From contig JAHQWK010000001.1 in the NCBI GenBank assembly GCA_029856145.1, forward strand, positions 320,001-384,000: DNA of 64,000 bases. Direction: 5' to 3'. Under the pieces are notes generated by a model. It searched no databases and was not told where the DNA came from. It was given only the letters and a program-made list of their open reading frames with translations. The position numbers and the translations under genes are program-made. The stretch is from Promethearchaeia archaeon. GTDB lineage: Archaea; Asgardarchaeota; Lokiarchaeia; Sigyniarchaeales; SOKP01. Below are positions 1 through 10,033 of the stretch, one piece after another. The number at the start of each line of letters is the position of its first letter. Within the stretch, counting starts at the first letter, position 1.

Positions 1-1914
1 AATCTCCTTCTATGTAAATTGGTCGATGAAATTAATAAAAAGCCCGAAGAAGAAGTAGATTTTTGTATTAGAAATGGTGAATCTGATAAAGAACTATATA
101 CCCGAATTCAAGCCTTTTTCAATGAGAATGTACGAGAAAAATACAAAGATGTTATGGATGAGAATGAGCAAATCACATTGAATAAGGAACTTATTTCTTT
201 AATTGTAAAAGAATTAGAATATATTTCACTTCTTCAATCATCTAAAGATATTTTAAGTGATGCTTTCGAAATTTTTGTTAGTAAGATTTTAAAAGATGAA
301 GCAGGACAGTTCTTTACTCCACCTAATATAGTAAAATTTATGGTTAATTATTTAGATCCTAAGGTCGATTCAAGAATTTTGGATCCTGCCTGTGGTCATG
401 GAGGATTTCTACTTGAAGCAAAAGAAGTCTTATGGTCAAAATTAGATTCAAAAAATAAAAGAGTTGAATCAATTTCAAATCTTTTCGGTATAGATAAGGA
501 CTTATTCTTAGTAAAAATCAGTAAATTATATTTAGAAATATTAAGCAACGGAAAATCTAATATTTTTTGTGAAGATTCTTTAGATCCAAAGAGTTATAGG
601 GCCCAAACCCAGGATATTATAAAAAACAACTCTTTTGACTATATTTTTACTAATCCTCCTTTTGGTGTTAAAATTCCTATAAATAATAAAGAAGTTCTAT
701 CAAATTATCAACTAGGGCATATTTGGAAAAATATTGATGATAAATGGGAAATACAAAATAAATTAGTGAAACAACAAGCACCTCAAGTTTTGTTCATTGA
801 ACGGTGTATTCAGTTACTTAATGATGGGGGGAAATTAGCTATAGTTTTACCGGAAGGAATTTTCGGAAATCCTACAGATCGCTATATATGGGAATATCTA
901 ACATCTAATGGTAAAATTTTGACTATTGTCTCATTGGATCAAAACACCTTTCAGCCTTACACATGTAATAAAACAAGCATCTTATTTTTTGAAAAGTTAA
1001 ACACAATACCAAAAGATTATGTAATCAATTTTGCGATTGTAGAAAATGTTGGTCATGATAAAGACGGAAAAGTTTTATATAAACTGAATAAAGATGGAAG
1101 CCGAAAGTTAGACTCTGCTGGGGATCCAATAGTAAATGATGATCTAATAGGTTTGCATTTAAAAATTAGACAAGCTGAAGAATTCAATTATTTGAAGGAA
1201 CAAAAAATCTTTAAGATTAAATATAGTCAAATTAAAAATAAGGTTTTCATTCCAATTTATTATACCGGGGTAGAAAAGACTTTAAAAAAGCTTGCCAGTG
1301 ATAAAAATTTCACACTTCTCACTATTAAAGATCTCGCGAACAAGAAAATAATTTATACTAATAAAGGTGGGTATCTTCCTCGAGGAGATGAAATTGGTTC
1401 ACATGTCTATGGTTTAGGTGATATTCCATTTATACGAACTAGTGAAATTAACAATTGGGAAATAAATTTGGATTCTTATAAAAAAACTAGTGAAGAAGTG
1501 TATGAGCAATATAAACTTAAACAGAATATCGAGGAAGGTAATATTCTACTAGTCAAGGATGGTGGTCCAAATCTGATTGGGAAAACAGCTTACATAACAG
1601 ACTTAGATACCAAAATTATAATTCAAAGTCATATATTCCAAATTAAAGCCGTAGAAAATGATGAATTCATAGATTCTTACCTTCTATTGCACCTATTAAA
1701 TTTGGATATTGTTCAAAAACAAATACAAGCAATTACTTTTGTTCAAGGGACTATTGCAACCATTGGAAATCGAATAATGGAAGTCGTTTTACCAATTCCT
1801 TCTGATATGCATAAACGAAAAGAAATCTCGAGACAAATTAAAAATATTATAGAAGATAAAAAGAAAATTCGTAGACAAATCAGAAGTCTATCATTAAAAT
1901 ACTCATTAGATTAA
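1..1914 (+). CDS. N6-adenine DNA methyltransferase fused to a C-terminal target recognition (HsdS-like) domain; type IIG/type I-like R-M protein, 5'-partial
   Basis: Motifs GQFFTP, DPACGHGGFL (SAM-binding motif I) and NPPF (motif IV). The C-terminal ~200 aa are TRD-like (IPFIRTSEI, ILLVKDGG, VVLPIP). The frame is open from base 1 (NLLLCKLVDE), so the gene starts upstream of the window. Confidence 0.85.
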   Translation, partial: NLLLCKLVDEINKKPEEEVDFCIRNGESDKELYTRIQAFFNENVREKYKDVMDENEQITLNKELISLIVKELEYISLLQSSKDILSDAFEIFVSKILKDEAGQFFTPPNIVKFMVNYLDPKVDSRILDPACGHGGFLLEAKEVLWSKLDSKNKRVESISNLFGIDKDLFLVKISKLYLEILSNGKSNIFCEDSLDPKSYRAQTQDIIKNNSFDYIFTNPPFGVKIPINNKEVLSNYQLGHIWKNIDDKWEIQNKLVKQQAPQVLFIERCIQLLNDGGKLAIVLPEGIFGNPTDRYIWEYLTSNGKILTIVSLDQNTFQPYTCNKTSILFFEKLNTIPKDYVINFAIVENVGHDKDGKVLYKLNKDGSRKLDSAGDPIVNDDLIGLHLKIRQAEEFNYLKEQKIFKIKYSQIKNKVFIPIYYTGVEKTLKKLASDKNFTLLTIKDLANKKIIYTNKGGYLPRGDEIGSHVYGLGDIPFIRTSEINNWEINLDSYKKTSEEVYEQYKLKQNIEEGNILLVKDGGPNLIGKTAYITDLDTKIIIQSHIFQIKAVENDEFIDSYLLLHLLNLDIVQKQIQAITFVQGTIATIGNRIMEVVLPIPSDMHKRKEISRQIKNIIEDKKKIRRQIRSLSLKYSLD

Positions 1915-2024
1915 TTATTTAATCCTTTTTTAGTCTAAGTTCTGTTAAGCAAATTTTAGAAAATATTAGTATTTTAACCTAAAAATTACTAAAATTCAAA
2001 ATTCTTAAAAATTAACTATCTCCT

Positions 2025-2462
2025 ATGAAGATCGAAAAATTCTCTATGGAATCCTATGATGATATTATTACACTTTGGAGGAAAGCGGGAATTAATGTAG
2101 GATCTACAGACACGAAAGAAGAAATCGAAATAATGGTTAAACGAAATCCTCAGCTTTTCTTAGTAGGAATTTTAGATCAAAAGTTGATAAGTGTAGTTAT
2201 GGGTGGATTCGATGGGAGAAGAGGGTATGTCCATCATCTTGCCGTTGATCCGGATTATCAGAAAAAAGGATATGGGAAAATGATGATGGATGAGTTATTA
2301 GTTAGTTTTCGTAAAATGGGAGTACATAAAGTTCATTTATTTATAGAAAAATATAATAAAGAAGTCGTTAAGTTTTACCACAATTTGGGTTGGGAGATCA
2401 GAGATGACTTAATTATGATGAGTTATATTCCAGATAAAAATTTATATAAAATGAGGATTTAA
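2025..2462 (+). CDS. GNAT family N-acetyltransferase (YpeA-like)
   Basis: MGGFDGRRGYVHHLAVDPDYQKKGYG acetyl-CoA binding motif A; N...FY..LGW motif B. Confidence 0.9.
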   Translation: MKIEKFSMESYDDIITLWRKAGINVGSTDTKEEIEIMVKRNPQLFLVGILDQKLISVVMGGFDGRRGYVHHLAVDPDYQKKGYGKMMMDELLVSFRKMGVHKVHLFIEKYNKEVVKFYHNLGWEIRDDLIMMSYIPDKNLYKMRI

Positions 2463-2583
2463 CATAAATTTCAATTCTGAAATATAATTAAAATTATATC
2501 TTTCTATACCAATTTATTAAAAGTTTTAAATAATATTGAAATGAATAATATTACATATTTCTAAAAAACATAATTGATAGGAA

Positions 2584-4383
2584 ATGAATATTGAAATGAG
2601 TCAAGAAGATCTAATAAAATTTTATGGAATAAATAAGAAATGGCCAAAAGAAACGCCAAGACATATTGAATATGATACGATTCCTTTAGGAGAACTTTTA
2701 AGTATGACGGCTCTAAAATATCCTGATTCCGAAGCCATATATTTTGAGGGTTTTCGTATGACATATTTAGAATTAGATACTCTTGTAGATCAATTTGCTA
2801 CCGCATTATCTAAATTAGGAGTAAAAAAAGGAGATGTTGTATGCATTGATTTACCAAATATGCCCCAATACGTTATTGCTCATTGGGCAACTGTCCGAAT
2901 TGGTGCAACTTCTAATCCAATACTTCCTGTAAATCGATATGTTGAGATTGTCCATCAAGTAAATGATTCAAAATCTAATACCTTGTTAATATTAGATTAT
3001 TTGTATAAAGAATACCTCCTTGGTAAGGATCTAAGTAAAATGCCTACATTAAAACAAATAATTTTAACTGGATCAGCAGAATACTTACCACCAATGAAAG
3101 CTAAACTAGGGACCGCATTAGGTAAAGTTCCTAGAATGAAAGAATGGCCAGAAAAAGTAGGAACTATCACATTTCATAAATTTCAAGAAGTATTAAAAGA
3201 TGGACTTCCAATAAACGTTCCAAAAGTAGATATAAATCTTAAAGAAGATATTTCTGTTTTAATATATACGGGAGGTACTACTGGTGTTCCAAAAGGAGTA
3301 ATGACGTCTCACTATTCGATGGTAATCAACGCCCTTCAGGTAGATATCTGGGCTTCTACACAATTACCAAAAATGAATGAGCTAAAAGGTAAAGGGGGAA
3401 TGATGTTAGTAGTACCACTTGCTCATTCTTTTGGTAACATTGGTATGACAGTTTCTGTATTAGAAGGCTGGAAAATGATCTTATTACCACGACCTCCAGA
3501 AAAAATATCAAACATACTAAAAATAATGATGAAGGAGAAAGCTACATACATGCCGGGAGTCCCTACGCTTTATATAAAAATAAACGAAGATCCTAATTCC
3601 AGTAAATATAAAGGCAAATTAGACACACTTATAGCATGTATAAGCGCAGCTTCAGCAATACCTGAGGAGGTTAAAAATGAGTTTGAAAAACTAACTGGTG
3701 TGAGTATTGTAGAGGGGTATGGAATGTCAGAATGTTCTCCAGTAGTTTCTTTAAACCCATTTAAAAAATCACTTCAAAAAGTAAATACTGTTGGTTTACC
3801 TCTCTCTGATACAATACTTAAAATAGTAGATGCTGAGACTGGTACAAAAATACTATCTCCCTGTCCAAATGAAAGTTGTGAAAATTGTGGCGAAGATGAG
3901 CTACAATATATTGGAGAAATATGTTGTACAGGTCCGCAAATTATGACCGGATATTTAGGAAGAAAAGATGATACAGAGTATGCAATAAGAAAAGACTCTA
4001 AAGGGATAAAATGGTATTATACTTCTGATATAGGATGCATTGATAATGATGGTTATTTACGTATTAAAGATAGAAAGAGAGATATGATCAAAAGAAAGGG
4101 TCATGCTGTGTTTCCAAGAGAAGTCGAAGACTTTATTTATATGCACGAAGCAGTAAGTGAAGTAGGCGTTATCGGGGTACCCGATCCAGAAACGGGACAA
4201 GAAATTAAAGCATTTGTTTCACTTAAACCTGAGTACAAAGGAAAAGTAACCAAAGAAGAACTCATAGAATGGTGTCAAAATAATATTAGTCCTTATAAGT
4301 ATCCGAGAATGATTGAGATTGTTCCTGAATTACCAAAATCTGTCATAGGAAAAATTTTAAGACGTGAATTACGTAAAGAATAA
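2584..4383 (+). CDS. Long-chain acyl-CoA synthetase (AMP-forming)
   Basis: YTGGTTGVPKG P-loop, EGYGMSE, DRKRDMI hinge, LPKSVIGKILRR. Confidence 0.92.
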   Translation: MNIEMSQEDLIKFYGINKKWPKETPRHIEYDTIPLGELLSMTALKYPDSEAIYFEGFRMTYLELDTLVDQFATALSKLGVKKGDVVCIDLPNMPQYVIAHWATVRIGATSNPILPVNRYVEIVHQVNDSKSNTLLILDYLYKEYLLGKDLSKMPTLKQIILTGSAEYLPPMKAKLGTALGKVPRMKEWPEKVGTITFHKFQEVLKDGLPINVPKVDINLKEDISVLIYTGGTTGVPKGVMTSHYSMVINALQVDIWASTQLPKMNELKGKGGMMLVVPLAHSFGNIGMTVSVLEGWKMILLPRPPEKISNILKIMMKEKATYMPGVPTLYIKINEDPNSSKYKGKLDTLIACISAASAIPEEVKNEFEKLTGVSIVEGYGMSECSPVVSLNPFKKSLQKVNTVGLPLSDTILKIVDAETGTKILSPCPNESCENCGEDELQYIGEICCTGPQIMTGYLGRKDDTEYAIRKDSKGIKWYYTSDIGCIDNDGYLRIKDRKRDMIKRKGHAVFPREVEDFIYMHEAVSEVGVIGVPDPETGQEIKAFVSLKPEYKGKVTKEELIEWCQNNISPYKYPRMIEIVPELPKSVIGKILRRELRKE

Positions 4384-4389
4384 GATTAA

Positions 4390-4465
4390 ATATTTTTAAT
4401 TTTCTTTTTAATTTTATAATTTAATCATAAACTATTCTTTTAATGAAAAAATAAAAAAATGAAAA
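4390..4465. terminator. Probable bidirectional oligo-T terminator region between convergent genes
   Basis: T-runs after the ligase stop on + and A-runs (T-runs on -) after the FabK-like stop. Similar T-runs follow other stops, e.g. ~17240, ~19201, ~42975, ~57305. Confidence 0.5.
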
Positions 4466-4476
4466 TTAGTATTTGT

Positions 4477-5499
4477 TCATGAGATATTTGAACATAACTT
4501 CTTTAACATTTTTTCAGCTTTGTTTGTAAAACCTGAAACTATATCGCTGACGTCTAATATGGAATCGATTAAACCACACGTTTGTCCTACTGGAACAGCT
4601 CCATCAACGGTATCACCTTTTGTATAGACTATTTCATAAGCAATAAGATCTTTTAAATAAGTATCCATATCATAAGCTAATTCTTGAGAAATTTTATCTT
4701 CTTTAGTCATTGTTTCACCATGTTCTAGGCAATACTTATTTTTCAATAGTCTAATCGGTCCAAAACCTCCGGTAGTAAGCATAGTATCCCGTGCTGTAGC
4801 AGGAGGAATAAGGTCTTTATATTTTTGATGAAATTCGCTCTCATTACAAGCAATAAATCGTGTTCCCATAGCTATAGCGTCTGCTCCCATAGCCAATCCT
4901 GCAGCAACACCCTCTGGGGTGGCAAAACCTCCACATCCTATTAGTAATTTATCAGGATATTTTTGGGCAACTTGTTGTAACAATACTAATGTTGTTACCT
5001 CTTCGTAACTTTGATGACCACCGCCTTCGGTACCTGTTGCTACAATCCCATCACAACCGGATTCTACTATTTTATCAACAAGCCATAAAGCTGGCCCAAC
5101 ATGAAAATGATACATATCAGGTGCTTTTGCTTTCCACATTTTTCCTGCAACTCGAGGCCCTCCAGCACTAGTTAATGCATAAATTAATTGTTCTCTTAAT
5201 TTAGGGTTTTCTTTACGCCATTGGGGGATTTTTCTTAACAATACCTTATGATCAGTTTGGATTCGAGCAACACGCACATTTATGCCAAAGGGTTTATCAG
5301 TATGTTCTACAACATAATCTAATTGCTCTTTAAAATCCTTAACTGAATTCTTCCCTCGTAATGTAGCATGACTTACAACGCCTAATCCACCTGCTTCTGA
5401 AACTGCAATTGCTAATTTAGTTGTATAGAATGGACCCATAGGAGCACTAATAATAGGATACTTTATCCCAAATTTTTCAGTTATTCTTGTTTTAATCAA
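4477..5499 (-). CDS. FabK/nitronate monooxygenase-family FMN oxidoreductase (possible enoyl-thioester reductase)
   Basis: YPIISAPMG, AVSEAGGLG, PFGINV, GTEGGGH, GADAIAMGTRF. Confidence 0.85.
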   Translation of the reverse strand: MIKTRITEKFGIKYPIISAPMGPFYTTKLAIAVSEAGGLGVVSHATLRGKNSVKDFKEQLDYVVEHTDKPFGINVRVARIQTDHKVLLRKIPQWRKENPKLREQLIYALTSAGGPRVAGKMWKAKAPDMYHFHVGPALWLVDKIVESGCDGIVATGTEGGGHQSYEEVTTLVLLQQVAQKYPDKLLIGCGGFATPEGVAAGLAMGADAIAMGTRFIACNESEFHQKYKDLIPPATARDTMLTTGGFGPIRLLKNKYCLEHGETMTKEDKISQELAYDMDTYLKDLIAYEIVYTKGDTVDGAVPVGQTCGLIDSILDVSDIVSGFTNKAEKMLKKLCSNIS

Positions 5500-5620
5500 T
5501 TTTTATTTCACTTAAAAAACTAAAATTATGATAGTTTAATCTTGCTTTTTAGAAGTAAAAAAGTTATCTAAATTGAATCTATTGGAAAAATAGACTAATT
5601 AAAATTTTTCTTCACATTTT

Positions 5621-5755
5621 TTACAAACTGTTTATGGGGCTAATGCTCCTGACTATAATATTGGAATATAGGGATCCTTGACACGGTCTGGTATACGTTA
5701 GATAATGGAATAACAATATAATAATAAATACATTGAAAGGTACAATTGATTTCTA
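5621..5755 (+). pseudogene. Degraded fragment of an Ig-like surface-protein repeat
   Basis: Manual translation across frames gives YGANAPDYNIGI*GS, then LDTVWYTLDNGIT, then TLKGTID. It has an internal stop and frameshifts, and resembles the AP.(F/Y)N...LDT.WYTLD.G.T repeats I recall from Lokiarchaeia extracellular proteins. Confidence 0.5.
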
Positions 5756-6043
5756 ACATTAAAAATTAAAAGAAAGGAAGCAAAAAATTCATGGGTTTTC
5801 GCAAATACTTCTAACAATTGGAACTCTTTATCAGTCAATTCATTCATTTGAATTTTTGAAATCCTTCAGCATCTAATCGGTCATTACACAATTTATCGCA
5901 TTTTTGCTTTTGGGGGGGCCATATAACAGAATTTTGACGTGTTTTTTTCATAATATCAAGGTTTATTAAATTTAAAGATATTTCTTATATACTTGAAATG
6001 AGAAATTCAAAAGTCTCAAGTATAGAATTAAAAATTAAAATTT

Positions 6044-6048
6044 GGTGA
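6044..6048 (+). promoter_or_regulatory. Archaeal Shine-Dalgarno site (GGTGA)
   Basis: GGTGA 4 nt upstream of the ATG at 6053. Confidence 0.6.
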
Positions 6049-6052
6049 AAGT

Positions 6053-6193
6053 ATGTCTAATAGAAGGTATGGTAATAGAACGATGCATAAAGCCACATGT
6101 GCCGACTGTGGAAACGAGTGCGAAGTTCCATTTGAGCCTAAGGAAGGCAGACCTGTTTATTGTAGAGATTGTTATCGAAAGCATAGAAGATAA
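6053..6193 (+). CDS. CxxC-x17-CxxC small zinc-ribbon protein (46 aa), not in the ORF track
   Basis: MSNRRYGNRTMHKATCADCGNECEVPFEPKEGRPVYCRDCYRKHRR*; exact CxxC-x17-CxxC spacing with VPF.P...RPVYC; GGTGA RBS at 6044-6048. Confidence 0.92.
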   Translation: MSNRRYGNRTMHKATCADCGNECEVPFEPKEGRPVYCRDCYRKHRR

Positions 6194-6490
6194 TTAAGTT
6201 TATTTTTTCTAAGTTTTGGTTACGACTAATAACTTACTTTATTATAATTTAAGAAGAATCTCTATTCAAACACGATTTTAACAATAAATGCATATTTGGA
6301 TATATTAGCAGAAAAAAGGTCAGTAACCAATAAGATTACTTATTCAAAAAATTTTTTTTTTATAGTAAAAAAGCTTTCTAAATTAAATTTATTAAAGAAC
6401 CAATTTTCAAGTAAGTAATTAATTCAGATGATTCTGGAATTGTCTAATTTTAATCTAAATATAATAAAAATAATAAAAATATAAAATTAA

Positions 6491-7072
6491 TTAAAACGTT
6501 GTACCACACTTTTTACACACATTGCTCTTTCGGTACATAGGTGAATGGCCAATATAGCCAAGGACTTTGCTTTTATCTTCTTCAACTTTTAGATCCTTCC
6601 CTCTCGCACCACATTTTGGACAAACCAAGCGTTCTTCACTAGTGTATTCTGTTGGTTCGGTCTGTATTAATGCTGATAATTCTGTTTCAGTTTTTTCTAA
6701 CTTGCTTTTTTGTTCTTCAATAATTTTTTCTTTTCCAGCTAAAATTTCATTAAGATCTGTTATTTTATTTTCTTTTTTGGCAAGTTCGTCACTTAATTCT
6801 TCAGTTTTTTGTTTTAATTCATCTACTTCTGCCTTTAATCCGTTAGCTTGATTTTCTGTTATAGTAACTGTTTTTTTTAAATCATACACTTCAGAATCTA
6901 TTTTTTCTACTTTAGAACTTAATTCCTTGTTAGATTTTGTTAAATTTTCCAATTCTTCATCCTTCTTTGCGATTAATTGTTCCAACTCATTGATTTTAGC
7001 AGAATATTCCTCAACTTTATTTTGTAATCCTTTTACAATTTTATTGTCCAACCCTTCAGTTAGGTCTTTCAT
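6491..7072 (-). CDS. Coiled-coil protein with C-terminal zinc ribbon
   Basis: ~130 aa of E/K/L heptads followed by CPKCG...DKSKVLGYIGHSPMY...CKKCG. Confidence 0.8.
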   Translation of the reverse strand: MKDLTEGLDNKIVKGLQNKVEEYSAKINELEQLIAKKDEELENLTKSNKELSSKVEKIDSEVYDLKKTVTITENQANGLKAEVDELKQKTEELSDELAKKENKITDLNEILAGKEKIIEEQKSKLEKTETELSALIQTEPTEYTSEERLVCPKCGARGKDLKVEEDKSKVLGYIGHSPMYRKSNVCKKCGTTF

Positions 7073-7323
7073 CTCATCTTGAGAAACGACTTATACACCT
7101 CTTTCTTATCTCAAATAGTAAATATAATTATAGTAAAAACTCAGAATTTGAATAATTGAAATTATTAGCAATATAGAACGATTTTTTACATAAATTTTAT
7201 AATAGAATTTATATTTAAGCTTTTATTTTATGATATTTTGAGTTTAAAAAAAGGAAAATTTGATTTTAATATCAAGAACTTATAATAAATATGTTTTAAA
7301 AAGATATATCAGAAATTAAAAAT

Positions 7324-8490
7324 TTATAATTTTTTTATTAAATCTCTAAAACCTTTTAATTCAATTTCATGCGAAAAGTTATTAAAGACATATTTTTTAG
7401 CTAAATTTTGTAATCTTGACAATTTTTGATGATCCTTTTCCCAGAATCTATAAATTTCAAGTATCTTTTCTTTGATTTCTGTAGGCCTTAATTCATTAAA
7501 AAAGAACGCAAATTCTTTTCCTTTTAATAATTCAATAGAACCAATTGTTTTACTACATATTATAACTAAATTTCCCGCTAAAGCCTCCATAAGCACTCTA
7601 GGAAAAGGTTCTCTACGGGAAGAAAATAAAAATACATCATTTCTTTTATAAATTTCAGGAATTACATCATTGCTCACATATCCATGATATTTTACGTAAT
7701 TAGGAAATTTTTTTTCTAATTCTTTTAATTTTGATTCAAGAGGGCCAAGTCCGCAAAATTCAAAATATACTTTTAAATTTTTATTTTCCTCTAAAAATTG
7801 GTTAATACCGTTTATAAGAACACCAAATCCCTTAGGTATTTCTATTAATTCACCTACATAAAGAAAATTTAATACATCTTTTTGTTTCTTTGTCAGTTCA
7901 TCATCAACAAAATCGTCAAGTCTAATACCATGAGTAATATGAATAACTTTTTCTTGAGGATAAAAATTTTTTAAAAACTTTTTCGCATGAAGAGAAAGAG
8001 CATGATGGTATACTCTCTTTTTAAAAAGTGAAAGTAAAAGGAGGGAACCCCTGTATTTTAGATTATAAAGTGAAATTTTTTTTTTACTATATAAAGGTTT
8101 TCGATATCCTATTATTAATTTTGTTTTTCTATAAATTAAATTACTTAATATAAACATTAAACTGGTTTTTAAGTCTGAATAAGAAATATAGATAATATTA
8201 TTCTTCTTTATTTTTCTAAATAGTCTTAAAACTTCCCAAGGGTAAGGAAAACTAAAAGTCCAATGACCTAAATGAAGTGTTGCATACTTCATTTGACTGC
8301 GATTTTTTATACCGTGTAGCTTTTTATCTATTGCTTCTTTTGATAATAACTTTTCACCCGGAGAGATATTTGTATCCATAAAGCTTACGTTATAATATTT
8401 ATTTAACCCTGAAGCTAATTCCATTGAAGAAATCTCCCCACCTCTTCCAAATCCTACTATATTTGGAGAAAAGACTAATAACTTTAACAT
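7324..8490 (-). CDS. Glycosyltransferase family 4 (GT-B)
   Basis: GGE N-terminal motif, KGFGVLI, DVFLFSSRREPFPRVLMEALAG (Ex7E). Confidence 0.88.
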   Translation of the reverse strand: MLKLLVFSPNIVGFGRGGEISSMELASGLNKYYNVSFMDTNISPGEKLLSKEAIDKKLHGIKNRSQMKYATLHLGHWTFSFPYPWEVLRLFRKIKKNNIIYISYSDLKTSLMFILSNLIYRKTKLIIGYRKPLYSKKKISLYNLKYRGSLLLLSLFKKRVYHHALSLHAKKFLKNFYPQEKVIHITHGIRLDDFVDDELTKKQKDVLNFLYVGELIEIPKGFGVLINGINQFLEENKNLKVYFEFCGLGPLESKLKELEKKFPNYVKYHGYVSNDVIPEIYKRNDVFLFSSRREPFPRVLMEALAGNLVIICSKTIGSIELLKGKEFAFFFNELRPTEIKEKILEIYRFWEKDHQKLSRLQNLAKKYVFNNFSHEIELKGFRDLIKKL

Positions 8491-8776
8491 ATTAACTCTT
8501 CTCTATCAATTTTTAAATTTTTTATCTTGAAACCTCTTTTATGCAAATAATTTTTTATTTGACTTTCTCCATATCCAAAATTAAGATTATATACATTATT
8601 ATGACCTAAGAATTTAAAGATATTAAGAATTTCATCGGTTATCAATGCTTTCGTGAAAGATATATTGATTAAAAATCATCTATTTAGTATAAATTTTTTT
8701 AAAAAATTAATTAAAATAAAAACAAATTAATAATTATCCAAAAAAAAAGAAAAGAAAATTATAAAAGTAGGGAATT

Positions 8777-10033
8777 ATGCAAAAAGTCGCAATAATAGGA
8801 ATAGGAATAACCCCCTTTAGGGCAAGATATCTTGATAAAACTTATTTTGAATTAGCCTTTGATGCTACAAAATTAGCATTAGAAGATGCTAATAAAAATG
8901 GGGCAGAGATCACACATAAAGATCTCCAATCAACAGTTTATGGAATTTATAATGAACTTTTTGAACGTCAATTTATGCCAGATATTTTTACTAATTCATA
9001 TCTAGGTATGAATAATAAGCCAGGAACCAGAGTTGCCACAGGTGGTGCTACAGGCGGATATACAGTTCGAATGGCATTTGCGGAGGTCGCGTCAGGGTTA
9101 TCAGATTTATGCCTTTGTATAGGTCTTGAAAAATGTAATGATTGTTATGATGAACAGACGGGAACTACCACTCCAGAGGTTCTAAATGCCATTGCTTATT
9201 CGGCGGATATGACTTATGAGTATCCAATGGGGATGATGGCTGCAAGTTCTTATGTATCAATGGTAAATGCACATTATGAAGAATTTGGAAACCCAACTGA
9301 GGAACAAATGGCTTACGTAAGCGTTAAAAACCATGGAAATGCTATTAATAATCCAAAAGCACAATCTCCAATGAAATTAACTGTTGAGGATGTTATGAAT
9401 TCAAGAATAATATGCTATCCATTCAAAATGTTAGATTGCTGTTTATATTCAGAAGCATCTGCAGCGTTAATTCTAGCAAGTGAGGAAAAAGTAAAAGAAT
9501 TAAAGATTGAAAAGCCAATTTGGATTACTGGCGTAGCAGCAGCAAATACAGATTGCTTCATAGGAAATAGAGAAGATATGGGACGCTTATACTCAAATAT
9601 TTATGCGGCAAAAGCAGCTTATAAGATGGCAGGATTAGATTATAATAAAATAAAAAGTCAAATAGATTTAGCGGAATTACACGATGCTTTTAGTGGACAG
9701 GAAGTTATTAGTTATGAAGAACTTGGATTTGTTCCATTTGGAGAAGGGGGTCCTTGGATTGAAAAATCTTTTGAAAAACAAGGAGAAGGCCCATGGATAG
9801 AAGGGGAATTGCCATGTTGTCCTTCCGGAGGGTTAATAGGTTGTGGACATGCCGTTGGTGCAACGGGAATTATGAGTACGGGAGAAGCTGCTCTTCAATT
9901 AAGAGGAGAAGCAGGAAAACATCAAGTCACAATAGAAAAGGGGCGAGCAATTTCGCATTCTATAGGAGGACCTGGAGCAGCATATGCTGCTGTTATTGTA
10001 ATGGCAAATAAGGAGGGTTTGATGAAATCATGA
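8777..10033 (+). CDS. SCP2-type thiolase-fold protein lacking the nucleophilic Cys (putative aldolase)
   Basis: KNH.NA..NPKAQ, ELHDAF, PSGGLIGCGHAVGATG, HSIGG; VATGGATGG in place of VExACASGG. Confidence 0.88.
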   Translation: MQKVAIIGIGITPFRARYLDKTYFELAFDATKLALEDANKNGAEITHKDLQSTVYGIYNELFERQFMPDIFTNSYLGMNNKPGTRVATGGATGGYTVRMAFAEVASGLSDLCLCIGLEKCNDCYDEQTGTTTPEVLNAIAYSADMTYEYPMGMMAASSYVSMVNAHYEEFGNPTEEQMAYVSVKNHGNAINNPKAQSPMKLTVEDVMNSRIICYPFKMLDCCLYSEASAALILASEEKVKELKIEKPIWITGVAAANTDCFIGNREDMGRLYSNIYAAKAAYKMAGLDYNKIKSQIDLAELHDAFSGQEVISYEELGFVPFGEGGPWIEKSFEKQGEGPWIEGELPCCPSGGLIGCGHAVGATGIMSTGEAALQLRGEAGKHQVTIEKGRAISHSIGGPGAAYAAVIVMANKEGLMKS

